Source: Phoronis australis (taxonomy: Eukaryota > Animalia > Phoronida). From it: 64,000 nt of DNA. Numbering within the stretch: position 1 is the first letter of the stretch; every line of letters begins with the position of its first letter. A program made the translations under genes and the position numbers. Below, piece by piece: positions 36,901 to 51,900 of the stretch. Under the pieces are notes generated by a model. It was given only the letters and a program-made list of their open reading frames with translations, searched no databases and had not been told where the DNA came from. The stretch is from contig NMRA01000128.1 in NCBI GenBank assembly GCA_002633005.1, positions 669,482 through 733,481 on the forward strand, in the 5' to 3' direction.

Positions 36901-39900
36901 GCCCCATCAGTTCACACTGCTTTCCATGGGGGCCCTCAGTAAAAAACAAACAGATAGTAAGACAAAAACAGAATTACAAAATGAAAGACAAATTTAAGTA
37001 ATAAGCAAAGAATAAGAAATTAACATGGAAAGACTGATGAAGCAAAAAATAAAAATAAAATATAAATAAAAGATAAAGAAATTAATTTTTTGACCAGATT
37101 TTCCTTGTCTCTCGAGTATTGTTAAAATGGCTTTTGATGGAATTTGACACAAAGTTATGTGAAGTGTAAACATGGACATAAGAGGAGTTTTGGGTAAATT
37201 TGATTACTATAGCAACCTGTGTTTGCCATTTTAAGATTTGTCCATTGATTATTGTTAAAACTGCTTGCCAGATTTTGGTGAAACTTGACACAAAGGCTTA
37301 TGCCTTGGATGGGCCTGTCCTAATTGCTTATTGGACTACTGTATGACCTCTGATCTTAGCCATTTGATTTTTGACTTGGTATTGCTAGTCCGTTGATAAC
37401 TGTCTAACAATGTTGCACCCTAGAAGCATAGCGTTTGTAGTATGATCGTGGATACATTTCAACACTTTGTTTTACTCTTGTCTGTTTTTAAAGGCTTACT
37501 CCATTGATGCAAAACCTAAACATTTATGAAACCTTGATTGGTGGCAGCTGTACCATGCAATCTTTGCTAATAACGATGTAAATCTTTCTCGAAAAATTTG
37601 TTCAAAACTTTTATGAAATGTATTATTTCTATTATTCTTAATATTGTGTCATGAATTGAAAATTTTTTACTGAACTTATCAAAACATTCTCACTTTATCA
37701 TTTATGACTTGTGACTTACAGAAGGATTTCGCCGTCTGTTTTGTCTGACGCTGATGGAACCGAGCCTGCCTGACGGTCTGTCATATCTAGAACAGATGCT
37801 GCTGGCTGACACCACACTATGGAAGGCTGCCAGGATCCTCAGCCACCAGCTTTTTATGTCCAGGTTGGTATGAACACCGCTCTTTGCACTGTAAACCCAG
37901 CTCAGTGACTGACTCACAAACATTTGCGTACACTAACTAAACAACATGGCTTATGCACCTAATAAAGTTACTCACAGACTCACATCTACATACTAACACG
38001 TATGAGCAGCAAATTGTTTCAGCTCATTTCACAGTGCTAAGTCCTGCTTTTAAAATATTAAACTAAATCCCCCTCGAAAAGTGATCCAGTTGTTTTCTTA
38101 TAAGTTAAATAATCAGAGCACTTTTAAATGTCACGGAACAGTGAAAAGTGACTCCATTATCAGTTAAATGTTAATATTGTTATTAATTTTTTAATAAATA
38201 ACATTACCTCATTGTTTCTACCATGTACTTTTATTATCTTTTTCAGTGTGCTTATGGATCTCGACTGCAAAAAGAAGTTTGCTGAGCTTTTCACTAAGGT
38301 TGGTAGGAATGTTTTTATTATCTATAATACTTGATGATTATGTGTCATATTGGTATTATATTTCATTTTTTCTTATTGCAATTGGATTGTCGGAATGTTG
38401 TTTGGTTTATTTGTAGAATTATTCTATTTTAGCGACTCTGAGCAGACCCCTTTAGATCGCTAACAGATACCTAAGAAGCTGTTACTGGATTTGTTACATT
38501 GCTGCCATTTGTTAGCAGAAGTCTGAACATCCATTATGTACATTGCTGCCATTTGTCTCTTCAGAGGTACCAACAGCTGATGCAAGCATTCTGTGAGGAT
38601 GACCATGATCACAACGTCTGCGTAGTATCATGCACTGTTCAGATCTTCACCGTCATTTCACTGGTAGGTGTCTAGTTCTCATCCATGCCTCTGTCCTTTT
38701 CTAGCACTTCGCGCAGTTGTCCAGAGAGTTCATTCAGGACGATCACCACCGCTCAGTCTCGGCTACATCCATATCTGTCCAACTCTTCACTGTGCCCACT
38801 GTGGTAGGTCAATGATGGTGCATTATGGGCAGACTGGTGTGGTTTTACATTTTAGTAGATTTGTACTTGGCTTGAGTCACAACCTGTTTACTAGACAATT
38901 TGCTTGTTATTTGAGATCTATTGCATTGGTTTGATTAATGGCAAGGTGTGATTAGCAAAAGTTGTTTTAACTCGAAGTCTTCATTTGAAAATGATTAGAA
39001 CTACTCAGATTCAAAAGCATGGCAGGTGTACCCTTCCTTTTTCTTGATTGACATTTTTNACTTGCACTGCCTGTTTTAATTAATCCTTGTCTGACAGGGG
39101 ATTAAAGTGGGCAGTAGCTTTGTGTCGTGCTATGTCTTGCATGGATGGAAATCGTTGCCATTTGTTATCAATGTGCGTCTATCTGGTTAATGAATGCTAA
39201 TGTGAGATTTGGTTCGAGCATTATCGCTAAATTGTCTTGTGTTGCTTGATTAAGTAATGAAAAAATGGATGTGGCTTAGTGAATTAAAATGTAAAAGGTG
39301 AACATACCTTAAGAACTCTGTGAGGTCTGTAGTCCGTTGCACATTGTAAACCCCTGTGTGCTCTCCTCAGGTAATGTGTATGGATTGAATGGGAGAGAGA
39401 ACAGGAGTTGTGAAGTATACTTAGCTGAATTTATTTGTCCTTGGTCAAACTTAACAGTGTGTCACCTTATGCCGTCATCTCCGTCTGACGTCTGTCCGGC
39501 ATCCAGCGTTCGCTGCTCTATCTCCAAAACTCTTTGACGTATGTTCATGAAATTTGCACATATGTTCCTTTCATGGATGGGACGGCATGAGCAAACTTTC
39601 AGACGGATCCGATTACCAGTGTGCCCCCTAGTGGTAATTTTAGTTTTTTGCGCTTATCTCTATATCTTCAAAGGTCCTCAACGTATTTTCATAAAATTTG
39701 GCATATAGGCATCTATTAGTGAGATTACGCTATCCTCCCGTTTTTGGATGGATTCGACGTAGTTTGTGCCACCTCGTGGCTATTTTTGCTGTTTTCGAGT
39801 CTGTTTTTGGCATCCACCGCTCTATCAACCAAACTGCTTTAAGAATGATTGTAAAAATTGGCATGTATGTTCTTACTCCGAAGCTGATGATGATTTTCCG

Positions 39901-42900
39901 ACAACGTCGACTACTGTGGCGCCTCCTAGTGTCAGTTTTTTTTTTGCGCCCATGGCTGTATCTCCTAAACCGTTTGCAGGATCTTTGCTAAATTTAGCAA
40001 GTGTATTTATAGGATGTTGACAATGGATGACAGCAACTTTCAGATGGATCTGACTACCAGTGTTTTCCCTATTGGTAATTTTAGTTTTTTGGTTTACCGC
40101 TGTATCTTCAAAAGTCCTCAACGGTTTTTCAGAAAATTGAGAATATAGGCATCTATTGGTGAGATGATGCTATCCTCCCATTTGTGGATGTAATCGAGGT
40201 ACTTTACGCCACCTAGTGGCCATTTTTCCTGTTTTCGAGTCTGTTTTTTGGCATCCACCCCTCGATCAACCAAACCATTCTAAGGATGATTTTGAAAATG
40301 GGCTTGTGTGTTCTCAGTGTGAAGAGGACTGTTGACAATAACGAATTCGACTACCGTCGTGCCTTTGTTTTGCGCCCATAGCTGCCTATCCTAAACACAG
40401 TGCAGGATCTTTATTAAATTTAGTAATTGTATTTATATGAAGCTAACAACAGACGAAAACGTCTTTCAGGCAGATCCAATGAACACTCTGCCCATAGTGG
40501 CAATTTCATTTTTTTCCATTTTCCTTTGTTTCTCTGAAGTTCCTTGACAGATTTTTATGAAATTTGGTGTCTTTCTATTAAAGAAGCGATGACATGTTCT
40601 TGTTTTCATACGGATTGGAAGTTTTTGCGCCATCTAGTAGTTATTTTTATGAAACAAATAAACAACCCTAGAAGCACACCATTTGCGGAGCATTCGTGGG
40701 CACATTTCAACGCTCCACGTTGCTCTTGTTCAATATTTTTCTCCAAGCATACATTTCCTTGCTCCGTTTCTAGCCATTGCGTAGTTAGCTTGAAAAAGAC
40801 TACTGACAACTAATGTAAATCAAATTTGACAAAAATCTTGAATAAGCTTGTTGAGCCAGTCACCATCTTCCATAGTCAAAATAGACATCTCATGACTTGT
40901 TCATGTGTGATAACATAGCTTGTATATTACACTCAAGTGCACTAAAAATAAAAGATGTCTGCCACTCTACTAGCGAGGTTATACAAGCTTAGTGTGCAAC
41001 CTTGAATAGTGTAGGCCCAATAAGCTTGAATAAAATTGCACAAGATTGAATTATGTCGCACTCACTTGAATAATATTGCACAAGCTTGAATAATTTTCAC
41101 AAGCTTGAACAATATTGAACAAGCTTGAATAATGTTCTAGTTTGAATAAGGTTGTGTACTCTTTGGCTTGGTTAATCTTGCCAGTAACCATGATTCAATC
41201 TCAATGAATTTAGTGTTGTAATGGTGTTTGTTGATTGATTAATTTATTTACTCTAATGTTCCTTTTTTCTTGTAGGCACGCATGTTAATAGCTGAGCATA
41301 ACCTGTTAGGTGTCATATTGACGGCGTTTGTACAACAATGTCAGTCAAAACTTAATGGTACGTTTTTACAGCTGATGATGTCACATGTTCATTGTGATCT
41401 CTGTGTTGCAATGACAGATTGTTAGTGGACATTCCAGTATGTTTTCTTTGTCACAAGTCCTTGATTCATAGGATGTTCGAGTATTATTTGTAACTGCTTA
41501 TGAGAAACCAGTGAATTCACCATGGTGATATGAGCTATGGCCTTGTGACATATCTGAAATGTGGAGCTCAGCAGTTGCCTCAATTTGATTATTGGACAAG
41601 CAATGGTGTTAAAGTGTAACATGTATACAATGCAACATAATACTTCATGCAGAAGTTCTGTATTGTTATGGTGTACAGGGTAACATGTCTTGTATTATTA
41701 TGGTATACAGGGTAATAATATGTAGATGAACTACGGTTAATTTAAGTACTCCATTATGTACAGAACTACATATAATGTAAAACACTAAGAGTTGTCTACA
41801 CACATCTGTCCACTACAAAGTCTGTTGCTACACTTAAAGGAACAAATAGTCTAAGATAAATGACCATGTGGTTAGCCATGTGATGTAAGCTCACTAACAT
41901 TACTATATACTAGACAGTGAGAACAGGTTTTGTAATTACAAACTAAAACAGGTGGGAGGTTTTTATAAACTCAAATCTTTATTGTTTGGCATTCACAAGT
42001 GTATTTCATGTGTCAATCAAAAAGCAGTAATGAATATTTTATTTGCAGACAACCAGACGTTTTCCTTTCCTCGATTCAATCGAAGCCAGCAATTTAAAAG
42101 GGCACAGTATATGTTATACGATGTCAAGTGAGTGTTCTTAATATAAAACTGTTTAAATACCTTGTTATTTCTTTCAAAGCACTGGTGTTTTACAAACGGT
42201 GCTGGTTGTTTTTTTATTAACGTTAATTTCAGCACATTTCGATGTGATTTGTAATGTATAACAATGTAGCTGGTATTGGCTGTGCTAGTTCACTACAAAA
42301 ATTGTTTTGTGTGCACCAACAATTTGTGAGGCCTCCTGACAAAATATTGTATTTTGTGCCCTGGCGTTTAGAAAGGTAATTTCTCATGCATTTGTGTATG
42401 AGCTATCTACTTTACTTCAATGAGAATCCTTTTTAAAGCCGAAACTTCCAACCAAAATACTGGCTAATATTGAGCTTGGAGTGGACTGTCAAAAACTGCT
42501 CGATTCATTGTTAAAGCAGCAAAACCAACTCATTGATATCAAAACGATCTCTTATGATCTCCAGACTACTGAACTACTGATGTTTTTAGAGACGATGATG
42601 AATGTCGTTTTTCAAACTGCTGTGTCCTGTCACTGCTTAGAGGCATATTGGTCATGCAGGTCCCTGGATGTACAATCATTGCGGCTACTGCTTCGGGACG
42701 TGCGCGTTTGAATGGTAATTGTTGTTTTGTTGGAATTTTACTTTTCTCAGGAAGAAAATTATTTCAGGTTCAGAAGTGAGGCAGTTCAACACATCTCATT
42801 TTCCCACTTTAATATGACTGTGTTGGGGCTCATGCACAATGTCTTTTCTTGTTAAATCAGTTCAAAATTAGTTGGCATTTGACAATTTCGGGTTTTTCAA

Positions 42901-45900
42901 AACAGCTGGTAATAGTACATTCAGTGTCAAAATGCAGCATTTCATGTGTCGTGTAATTTTTGTTCTCAGGTATGCCTTGACTAGCAAACCCTCTCCAGAA
43001 GAATGGACTGTTCCACTCAGGACCAACTTCCTCAGAGGTTTCACTGTGTTTCTGGAGTTGCTCAAGTGTATGCAGGTAGGCTAGAGGTTGGAACTATTAG
43101 AATTTAGGCATAAGCAATAAAAGATTTTTGAGATTCACATCATGACCCATCATGACTCATCTCTCCAATGACTTTCACCTTGAATTTCATTCACACTCAA
43201 CTGTCATGTCGTAGAATTTCACTTGCTTTCACTTGTCTTTATGGAAGAAATCTGGATATTTGAATATTTACCATATTTACTACTAGACAAAAAGTACATT
43301 TTTTGATAAAACTTCCTGTCTGTTTTTTAGGGAATGGACATGGTGACACGACAGACTGGTCAACACTTGGAGTTTGAAGCTGAGTGGGAGGGCGCATTCA
43401 ACTTGCAGCTGAAACTGGAGGATAACATAGCCATGATGATAGACTGGTGTGCTTCAGATGTGAGTAGACCGAGGCACTGCTGTATCTGATATAGGAATGA
43501 GCTTTAAGCCATTCACAGCTGTAACATGTGTTTTCAGTGTTTTCATTCGGTTTGCTCTGTGGCTTTGATATTGCAAGGGTGAAGATGAATGCCTTCTGTA
43601 GGTGTTATCACTCTCTGTCCTGTTTGACAAAGACCACGTAGCTTTTACTCCAAGATGTTGCTGTGAGGTAAACGTATTGTGACTCTGTCTCATTCAACTC
43701 TCACTCATATATCACACCTACCAATCGCGTGAATGACGTAGCAGTGGCTTATGTGTAGGTATCACGGGAAACATTTTGTACACTCTGGCGTCAGCTGAAC
43801 CTCAACAAAATATTTTGTCATGTGCTAACACTGGACTTTAGGGTTTGGCAGCTCAACCACCAGACAACGCTCTCTCAATAAAGGGGGTATTAATGGAGAA
43901 AGTGAGAACAAATCATTGTTCACCATCAAGTGGAAGTTTTTGAAGTATGAGTTCCTCGATTGGATGAGTGTCTTCATTCATATACTAGGTTGATCATTGT
44001 TTCAGTAGCATTTCCTAGTGAGTGTCCAGCTTCTCATTGAATTGGGAAAAATAATTTTCAGTTAGTTTAATTGTTCAAGTTAAAAACAACTAAAAGAATG
44101 TTATTAAGCAACTCACTATATAAGTTATTGTAACCTCAATATGAGTTCCTGGGTGCATGTATTTTTGCAGGTCAACCATATCTTCATCAGCACTTGCTAA
44201 TAAAGTTTGAGTTTTGCCTTTACGTAAGATACAACCGCCAATAAGGTCTCTTGGACGTACTGGTCAAAAACATGAAAACAAAGTCGTAGAGTCCCTCACC
44301 ATTACATGCAGTCATGTTGCAAAGAACTACTGAGTGTGCTAATTTTTTTCACACATCATTGATGGTATGTAATTGCTTTGCAGAAAGAGGTGCTAATTCA
44401 AGCCTACAAGCAGACGCTTCACTCTCATTACGCGAAGGATCTTGGTGTTAGCTCAGCATCCAGGACATGTTGCAAATGTATGTCTTCATTTATCTTAATA
44501 CTCTGGCGTTTCCTCAAATAGCAAACTCTTCATTTACCAAACTTCTTGTTATAAAGTAGATGATAACTTGTTCAGTCCTTTGTTATGTGAGAAGTGACAT
44601 GGAGTCTTCGAAAGGGATGACAGTTTATTAAAAGCGTTGGCGCAAAAGAGCATGTCATGACCAACCAACTTGTTGAGCCTGCTAGATATTTCCTAGCCAT
44701 ATTTTGCATCCAACTTGATCAGGGAACAAATTGAGACTAATTACAAAATTGCAAGTGGGCTAAAAGTAAGTTTGTGGAAAGTGGGTTTGTAGCTCCATTG
44801 ATGTAATCTCAAGACTAGTGTTATCGAAAACTCAGTTTTATTGTTTATTAATTTCTTGAACCTGAAAGTAACAGAGCGAATATTTTGACAAACAATTTGT
44901 TAGTTGTAAATTAGACAACCTAGTGTTGTTGTCTGGAATGTACCCAAGTTGTGTTTTTGAGAGGTCTTCATACAACTTCAATTAAGTGATAAATAGTTAC
45001 ATCTTAATTTACTAGGCATTATGTCAAACAGTATGAGTATCACACAAATTGATACATTTGTTAATAATGTTCACACAGGCGGCAGTTTAAACTTTTAAAA
45101 GTTACAAACAGCCTTTGATAATTGCAGCTGTTTTCTGTACTTTCAGTGGACAGCTATGAAGCTGATTGTATCAGTTATGATGTTCAGAGTGAACCAATCA
45201 GCATACACCTTCAGTTGTCACGGTTGCTGGCAGGGCTCCACCTGTTATTTCATCAACATGGACTCACCTTTGGCCCACAGGTGTTCCCTGAGGTTGGTTG
45301 ACTGACAGGTTCCATTGTTGTGCCACGTATTTCACTTGGAAAGGCGAACAGTTTTACTTTACGGAACCACTTATAATTGGGCTTTATGGTGTTGCCATGT
45401 GGCAAATAAATTGCATGCCATACATTTCTGGGAATGTGCATCAATATCTTCAAACTGTTGAAGGTAAAATGAGACCAGAAGCCAAGTTTGTGAAATGCTG
45501 CTAGCAATGCAGCTCTTGAAGAAGGGAGGAAACTGCACACTGTTGTTGAAATCCCCCGACTCCTTTAACTTTGATTGCCGTCTAGTTCTATATTTTGCTT
45601 GGTGTGCAAGTTGTTGACATGCTGCAAGTTTCTGTTTTTGGTATGTCCGTTTGGCATCTCTGCTCATTTCTAACTTATTTGGCAGAAATAGGTTGGTTTG
45701 CCATGCTGTTGTAAGCCAGCAGGTCAGTAAACTGATACTTTATTTCATGCAGGATTTAATACCTGACCCGGTTCATCTTATGGAGCTACCACTGAGGGCG
45801 TTAGTGATGGTAGCTCAGTCTCATGCTGGCATGTGGAAGCGTAATGGCTACTCCCTGTTGAACCAGGTCTACTGTTATCATGATGTGCGTTGTCGTGAAG

Positions 45901-48900
45901 AGATGTATGACCGCGATATCATCACACTGCAGATTGCTGGCTCATTGCTGGATAGTAATCAGTTTTTGATCCACCTGCTAAATAAGTTCGGCCTTATTCT
46001 GTGGGCTCGGGTAGAATACGACGTTCCGCCAACAGAACCCCAGGGCGACCTCGTGAGGCACACGATCACAGTAGCAGAGGAGTTTCTCAATCTTCTTCTC
46101 ATTCTGTTGGGTAGGCCATATTCAGCAATCTTTATTCAACTTTTAAAAGTTGTGGCAAGTTTTTCTTTACAATATTTTACGAAACACAACTCTTCATTTT
46201 ATTCTTTAAGCATGTTTAATGAAACACCTCTTTACAGTTTTCCTTTAAGCATATTTAATGAAACATCACTCTTCAGTTTTCCTGCTATGAGCTGGAGAAT
46301 GAATTTCTTCCCTTTGTAACACGGAAGTGTCTAGTGCTGATGAATATCTAGTGCTGCGGAGGTCTAGTGTTGTGAAATGTCTAGTGCCGAGGAATGTCCA
46401 GTGCTGAGGAATATCTAGTGCTGAGCAATGTCTAATGCTGGAAAAGTGATGCCTTAATTTTTAAACAGAATTGACTAGGTAGTATTCTGTATAGTTTGGG
46501 TTGTACAGGTGAATGAGATTAGAATCTTCCAGCATGCTGTTTTAAGAGGTAATGCAAACATTATGATTGGGTACCTTTGCATAATTGCAATAGTGTTTCA
46601 TCAGTGCAAGTCTGTGTTTGTCTTTGCTTAACTACGTGTTTGAATTTCAGGTGAGCGCTTCACTCCTGGCGTTGGCATGGTTACCAAGAACGAGCGAGTT
46701 AAACGCGAGATCATTCATCAGTTGTGCATCAGTCCCTTGTCACACTCGGAGCTCTCCAAAACATTGCATGAAGATGTATGTATTGTGCTCTAGTTGAAAC
46801 CAGAAGTTTAGCAATATGGCGAAGACTACAAACTGCATTGCTTTTGTTAGTGTTCAATATGAAACACCATTTACTCGATTGTTTTGCCTTTTTATGTGCT
46901 TCTTTTAAACATCAGTTTTGCGAAAAGAACTGTCATGGAAACCAAACTGTGGTTTTAGTGTTTTTTATAAAAGAAATAACTGTTTTGTTAGGGGATTATC
47001 TCAAATGAAACCCATGGTTATTTAGGACCCATAGTCACATGAACTGTGGTAATGGTTTGAATACTATTCGGTGATATTTCTGTCAAAAAGCAAGTTTTGA
47101 TTTAGGCTGCTTACTGTAAGTTGGTTTCAAATTGTTGATTAGTCAAACGTGTGATATCTGGGTTTGTAGAGAACTGGTATTTCATTATTTCCTCAGTCTA
47201 AGTATGCGACCTGAAGTTTTATGAGCTTGGTTTGAAGGATAATGACCTGTCAGTTTGAAGGATAATGAGCTGTCAGTTTCCTCTGAGCTCAGGGGGTCAT
47301 TTCTAATCTGAGTGAGGAACAATTTGACGCCAATTTTATAAGGGTAAGTGGCCTGGTAGAAGATGATTTTTTCCTGTGGCAGCTGTGCTAACTGTTCCAT
47401 AATGTCCTCTGTGGTTGCTATGGTTGCTATGGATTATTTGTGCCATCTGATCATTACTGTTCAATATCTGTGACAATATTCTTTTAAATTGTGCTTTCTA
47501 TATTTGTTTCAGGCATCTCATGAAACTGGTCTTGAAGACAACGTTCATGTTGTTGCTGATTTTAAGTGAGTCTGTGGTTGTGTTGTTTACAGCAAACAAT
47601 TGACAATTCACAGCTTAAATTTATTTGCGTCATTCCTCACCAGTTCAGTCTTTCCTGATACTTTCGGTGACTTGGTCTCTTGTGATACATGAAAATCTAT
47701 CCATAAATAAGTCATTGAGTAGTTGGCAGTGACGTGGTCTCTTATGAGGCATGAAACCCTGCAGCTATCAGTAGGTGGCAGTGACTTGGTCACTTAGAGG
47801 CATGAAACCCTGCAGCTATCTAAGTCATTCCGAGCTATCTCCTGTGAACTTTGGCATTGTTTAGAAATGCGTTCAATAAATAAATGTATTTGTATCAAAA
47901 GATACACAAAGTATCGCAAGTCGCCAAATTCACTAAAAGAAAGAAAACTTTAAAAAGCACTTTCCATTCATAATGAGTATTTCAGTTTCTAAATCTGCTG
48001 AGATAGGTTTCTGCAAAGTGTTGCACATTGCTTTCTCCTTGTAACTGTCATAATGCATTTTGTTATTAGGTAATGGCTTTTGTACTCTTCATTGATTTGA
48101 AAACACAATCTTCACTGTTTGCAGAAAGATGAGTGACACTGGTAAGGGTTTGTTTGAGCTGAAGTCACAGTTTTACGCTGACTATAACCCATTCTTCTAC
48201 CACTACACAAAGTCGGACATGTCCAAGGTAGGAGTCGTGTAGAGGTGTTACAGTTTAGGCCATGTGTAGACAACCAAAATAGGATCTGTCATCAGCTGTA
48301 CACCAAATGTGCACAGTGATGTACATAAGATACTTAGTCATAAGAATACTCTCTCAGTTGTACTTGACTTGTGGCTGGACATACAAAAACTGTTTGTTTA
48401 CTAACATTGCTTAGTATTTTGTAGATTTGACAAGTTTCACGTCCATCTCTGTTCATTTTTTGTATTGTAGTCTGAAGAAGCTCAGCGGAAGCGTAAAAAA
48501 CAAGAAGGTCAGGATCAAGGTGAGTATGCTTCAGGGTCAAGATCTAGGTTATTACATGTTTTAGGGTCAAGATCTAGGTTATTACATGTTTGAGGGTCAA
48601 TATCTAGGCTAGTATGTGCTTCAGGGTCAAGATATAGGTTAGTACGTGTTTCAGGTCAGAATCAAGGTTAGTATGTACTTTAGGTTCAGGATTGAGGTTA
48701 GTTGGTGCTTCACTGTTGCTCATCTTTTCTTTTTTTTCCAGTTAAAATGAATTGCCATTTAATATTACTTAATTTGTAATTTAGGTAACGTTGAACATTT
48801 GTTTAATAATTTTTTTGTTCTGTATGTATAATCAAACGTTGAGTTTGTTTATTATACTAGATGATTGATATTGTAAAAACATTGAGAATACCTGGCTCAT

Positions 48901-51900
48901 TAGCTGTAACAGAGCTTGGACTGCAATATACATGCCGCATGTAAAACTTAGTGTTTTTTTACTGTCTATAAACCATGTTTTCTCATTTTTGATCTGACCA
49001 TTGTGCAAGTCATAACTAGTGCGTTTTTTCATATTATTCAATAGGCACTTACTACTTATTTTATGTTGTTAGTAATTACCTGTTGTGTCTCTGACACACT
49101 TCAGGGATAACAAAAATACAAGTATAGGGTCAGTTGTACATAGTACTCAAAATGAGAAATCAAAAGATTGGTGATTTTCAAATTAAACTAGAAAAAGCAC
49201 ACCTGTCACAAAAACCAATTTAGACCACTTGCTGTTATCAAATTGGTCTCAAGTTGTTCCGTATTCAATTTAGGTGTAATTTCAGTTCATTGTTGCTTGA
49301 GACTAGGCTCTACAAGATGTTTTTTTGCCACATTTTATATACTGAGCATGGCCTCAAGGAATAACAAGTTGTTACTTCTTTGCAGAACACAGAAATCACT
49401 TCTCATCTTAGCAAGGAACAATTTTATCGTCTTAAATCCAAATTTTGCTTCTTGGATGAACTGCAGATTTATAGCTACAACTGTAACTGTCGTGTGCCTA
49501 TTTAGCTTGTGTTTGATAATGGCTGTAAAAAACAATATTATGTTATACAGTATGTGGCTATCCTAATTGCACCTTGCTATATTTGACCCAGTCTGGTGAC
49601 CTCAAGTTTTGAGTCTGGAAAAATGTTGTGTGTGTAGACAGAACCCAAGACCTGCTGTTTAGACATTCTGGTCCACTGAGCTGCTGAGATCACCAGTATT
49701 TCAGTTATCTCCAGTCAAGCTCCTGGTGATTTGTATTCCGTATCATACGCACATAGTATTTGGTGGCATTGTCTACTACAGCCCTACCACCTCCTGTTCC
49801 ACCTCCGTTTGCACAGCCATTCACACCTCTACTTAGACTCCTGCAGTGTGATGTTATGATATCTCTCATGGAACTCATCCTGCGCAGGACGCTGGCTCGA
49901 AGGTCTAGGTCATTCTCTGAACCTCAGTTTGAGAGGGTAAAGTTTTGTTGCATTATTACGTAGCACCTTCTGATGACTATGTTCTATCTGTTATTGTATA
50001 GACATTTTTAACTATTTTTACTTCGCATCAAGAGTTTTTCACCCTTGAGTTTATGGTGTTTAAACATAAAACACATGTCTTCTACGTGCAAACATTAACA
50101 AAAAGTGAACACCAAATTCTTATTTAATGCACATTTGAAACACCATAACTAATTTCACATTTTTTCTGTATCCATAGATTTGTTATTTGCCCCGGACATA
50201 TCGACGTGTAATTTAGTTTAGTTTATTTGTGCGTTTCAAGGTTCTTCATTTGATTGGTCTTGCTCTACACGAAGAGAACCGCGCTCATGAGGAGAGCAGA
50301 GAGTTCAACTTTACTCAGAAAGCAGGTGTGTACATGTTACTGGTGAATGTTTACTAACATTGCTTCAGTGTTTTGAGCGTTCATTAAGATTTACTGCGTC
50401 TGTGTAACATTTTTCTCGTTCTCCTGTGTTTTAGATGATGTGTTAAGTCTTTTGGAGTCGCTGGTTGGTCACACAAATGTCAACCATGAGTCGACAAAAG
50501 ACCTATTGATCTGGGTCCTTAGAAAGTTCAAAGAGGTCAAACAGGCAAAAGGTCATGATATCGCTGACTCCATGGAAGTTGCGAGCTCATCTGCCGCTGA
50601 TGAAAAACTTGAGGAGGAGAAGAAGAGAAATGCAGCATTGGCTGCCCAAAGGAGGGCGCAACTGTTGGCCAAGATGTCCGCCATGCAAAAGAGCTTCCTG
50701 CGAGAAAACGCTGAGTTCTTTGAGTCTGTGTCTAATGAGGATGACATGAATGCAGAGGCCTCAGAAATGGATGTCAGGTGAGAGTCTAAACAGGGTATGA
50801 CTAGTGTTGTGTTGTGACGTTAACCCATTAACATCCAGAAGGGTGGATCCCATAGTTGGAAGGATAAGTTTGTGAAGATCGTTAGTGTGGGGGATGGGTG
50901 ACCAAGGAGATTGTTTGTGGCTCATCTGCATCATACATGGTGGTCACTAGTTGTCAGAGGTCTTGCATAGCTTGGTCAGAAACCTTTCCATGTTACACAG
51001 TACACATGCCATGTGAGTTTAATATTCCACACCATAATGAGATAACAGTACATGACTACACATTAGACTAAATGGAATTCACTGGCTGCACCAGTTTGAT
51101 TTGCTTTCACAAAGTTGGTTTATTCCAATTTAAAGTTGTTGATTCCAATTTAGTGCACACTTGTGTGTCTTCTTGTAACTTACAAGCTTTAAGGGTCGAA
51201 AAAAAGTATGCTATGGCTTTCATCCATGTTTTGTTGTGTTCAGCCAAGCAGAGGCATCAGACACACAAATTGCTCTTGGTCCCAAGCGCTCATCCACAAC
51301 TTTAGTAGATAACAGCAAGGTGACGTGTATTCTGTGCCAAGAAGAAGAGAGAATCTCCCACCAGGGCCGCGCCATGGTTGTATCAGCTCTGGTACAGAGG
51401 TACGTCTGTTTTGTAGTATTGTGTGAGAGCTGCAGCTACTGTTAAATGCAGTTTGTCTCAAACTTTTATCCATGATTTGCTTCAATCTTAATCATTCAAT
51501 CTGTCACATATTAGTGTTTCTGTCACAGAAAGTAAATTTTGATTCAGATTACGCACCACTATGAAACAGTTGTGCATTAGTTTCAGCAAGTTTCTTGCAA
51601 GAAAACCAAGGTCATGCTGGGTCAGGTAAAATCACGCAAGTGAAAAGCGAGCATTTTTCAAAATAACACCTCTAAGTGATTGGACAGGATACCTGTTATG
51701 TTAAATTATCATACAAATTTTCTGTTTCTGTTCCTTTAAGAAAGATTATAATTATACACAGCAGCCCTGGTAACAGCTTGTTGTTTACTTTGATGTTAAA
51801 ATGGATTCTGCGCTTGGAAAGAACATGGAATTTATTATTGCAAGATGCTGTCCACAATGTCTAGAGTGACAAGACCATGCATAGTGCGTAGAGTGACGAG

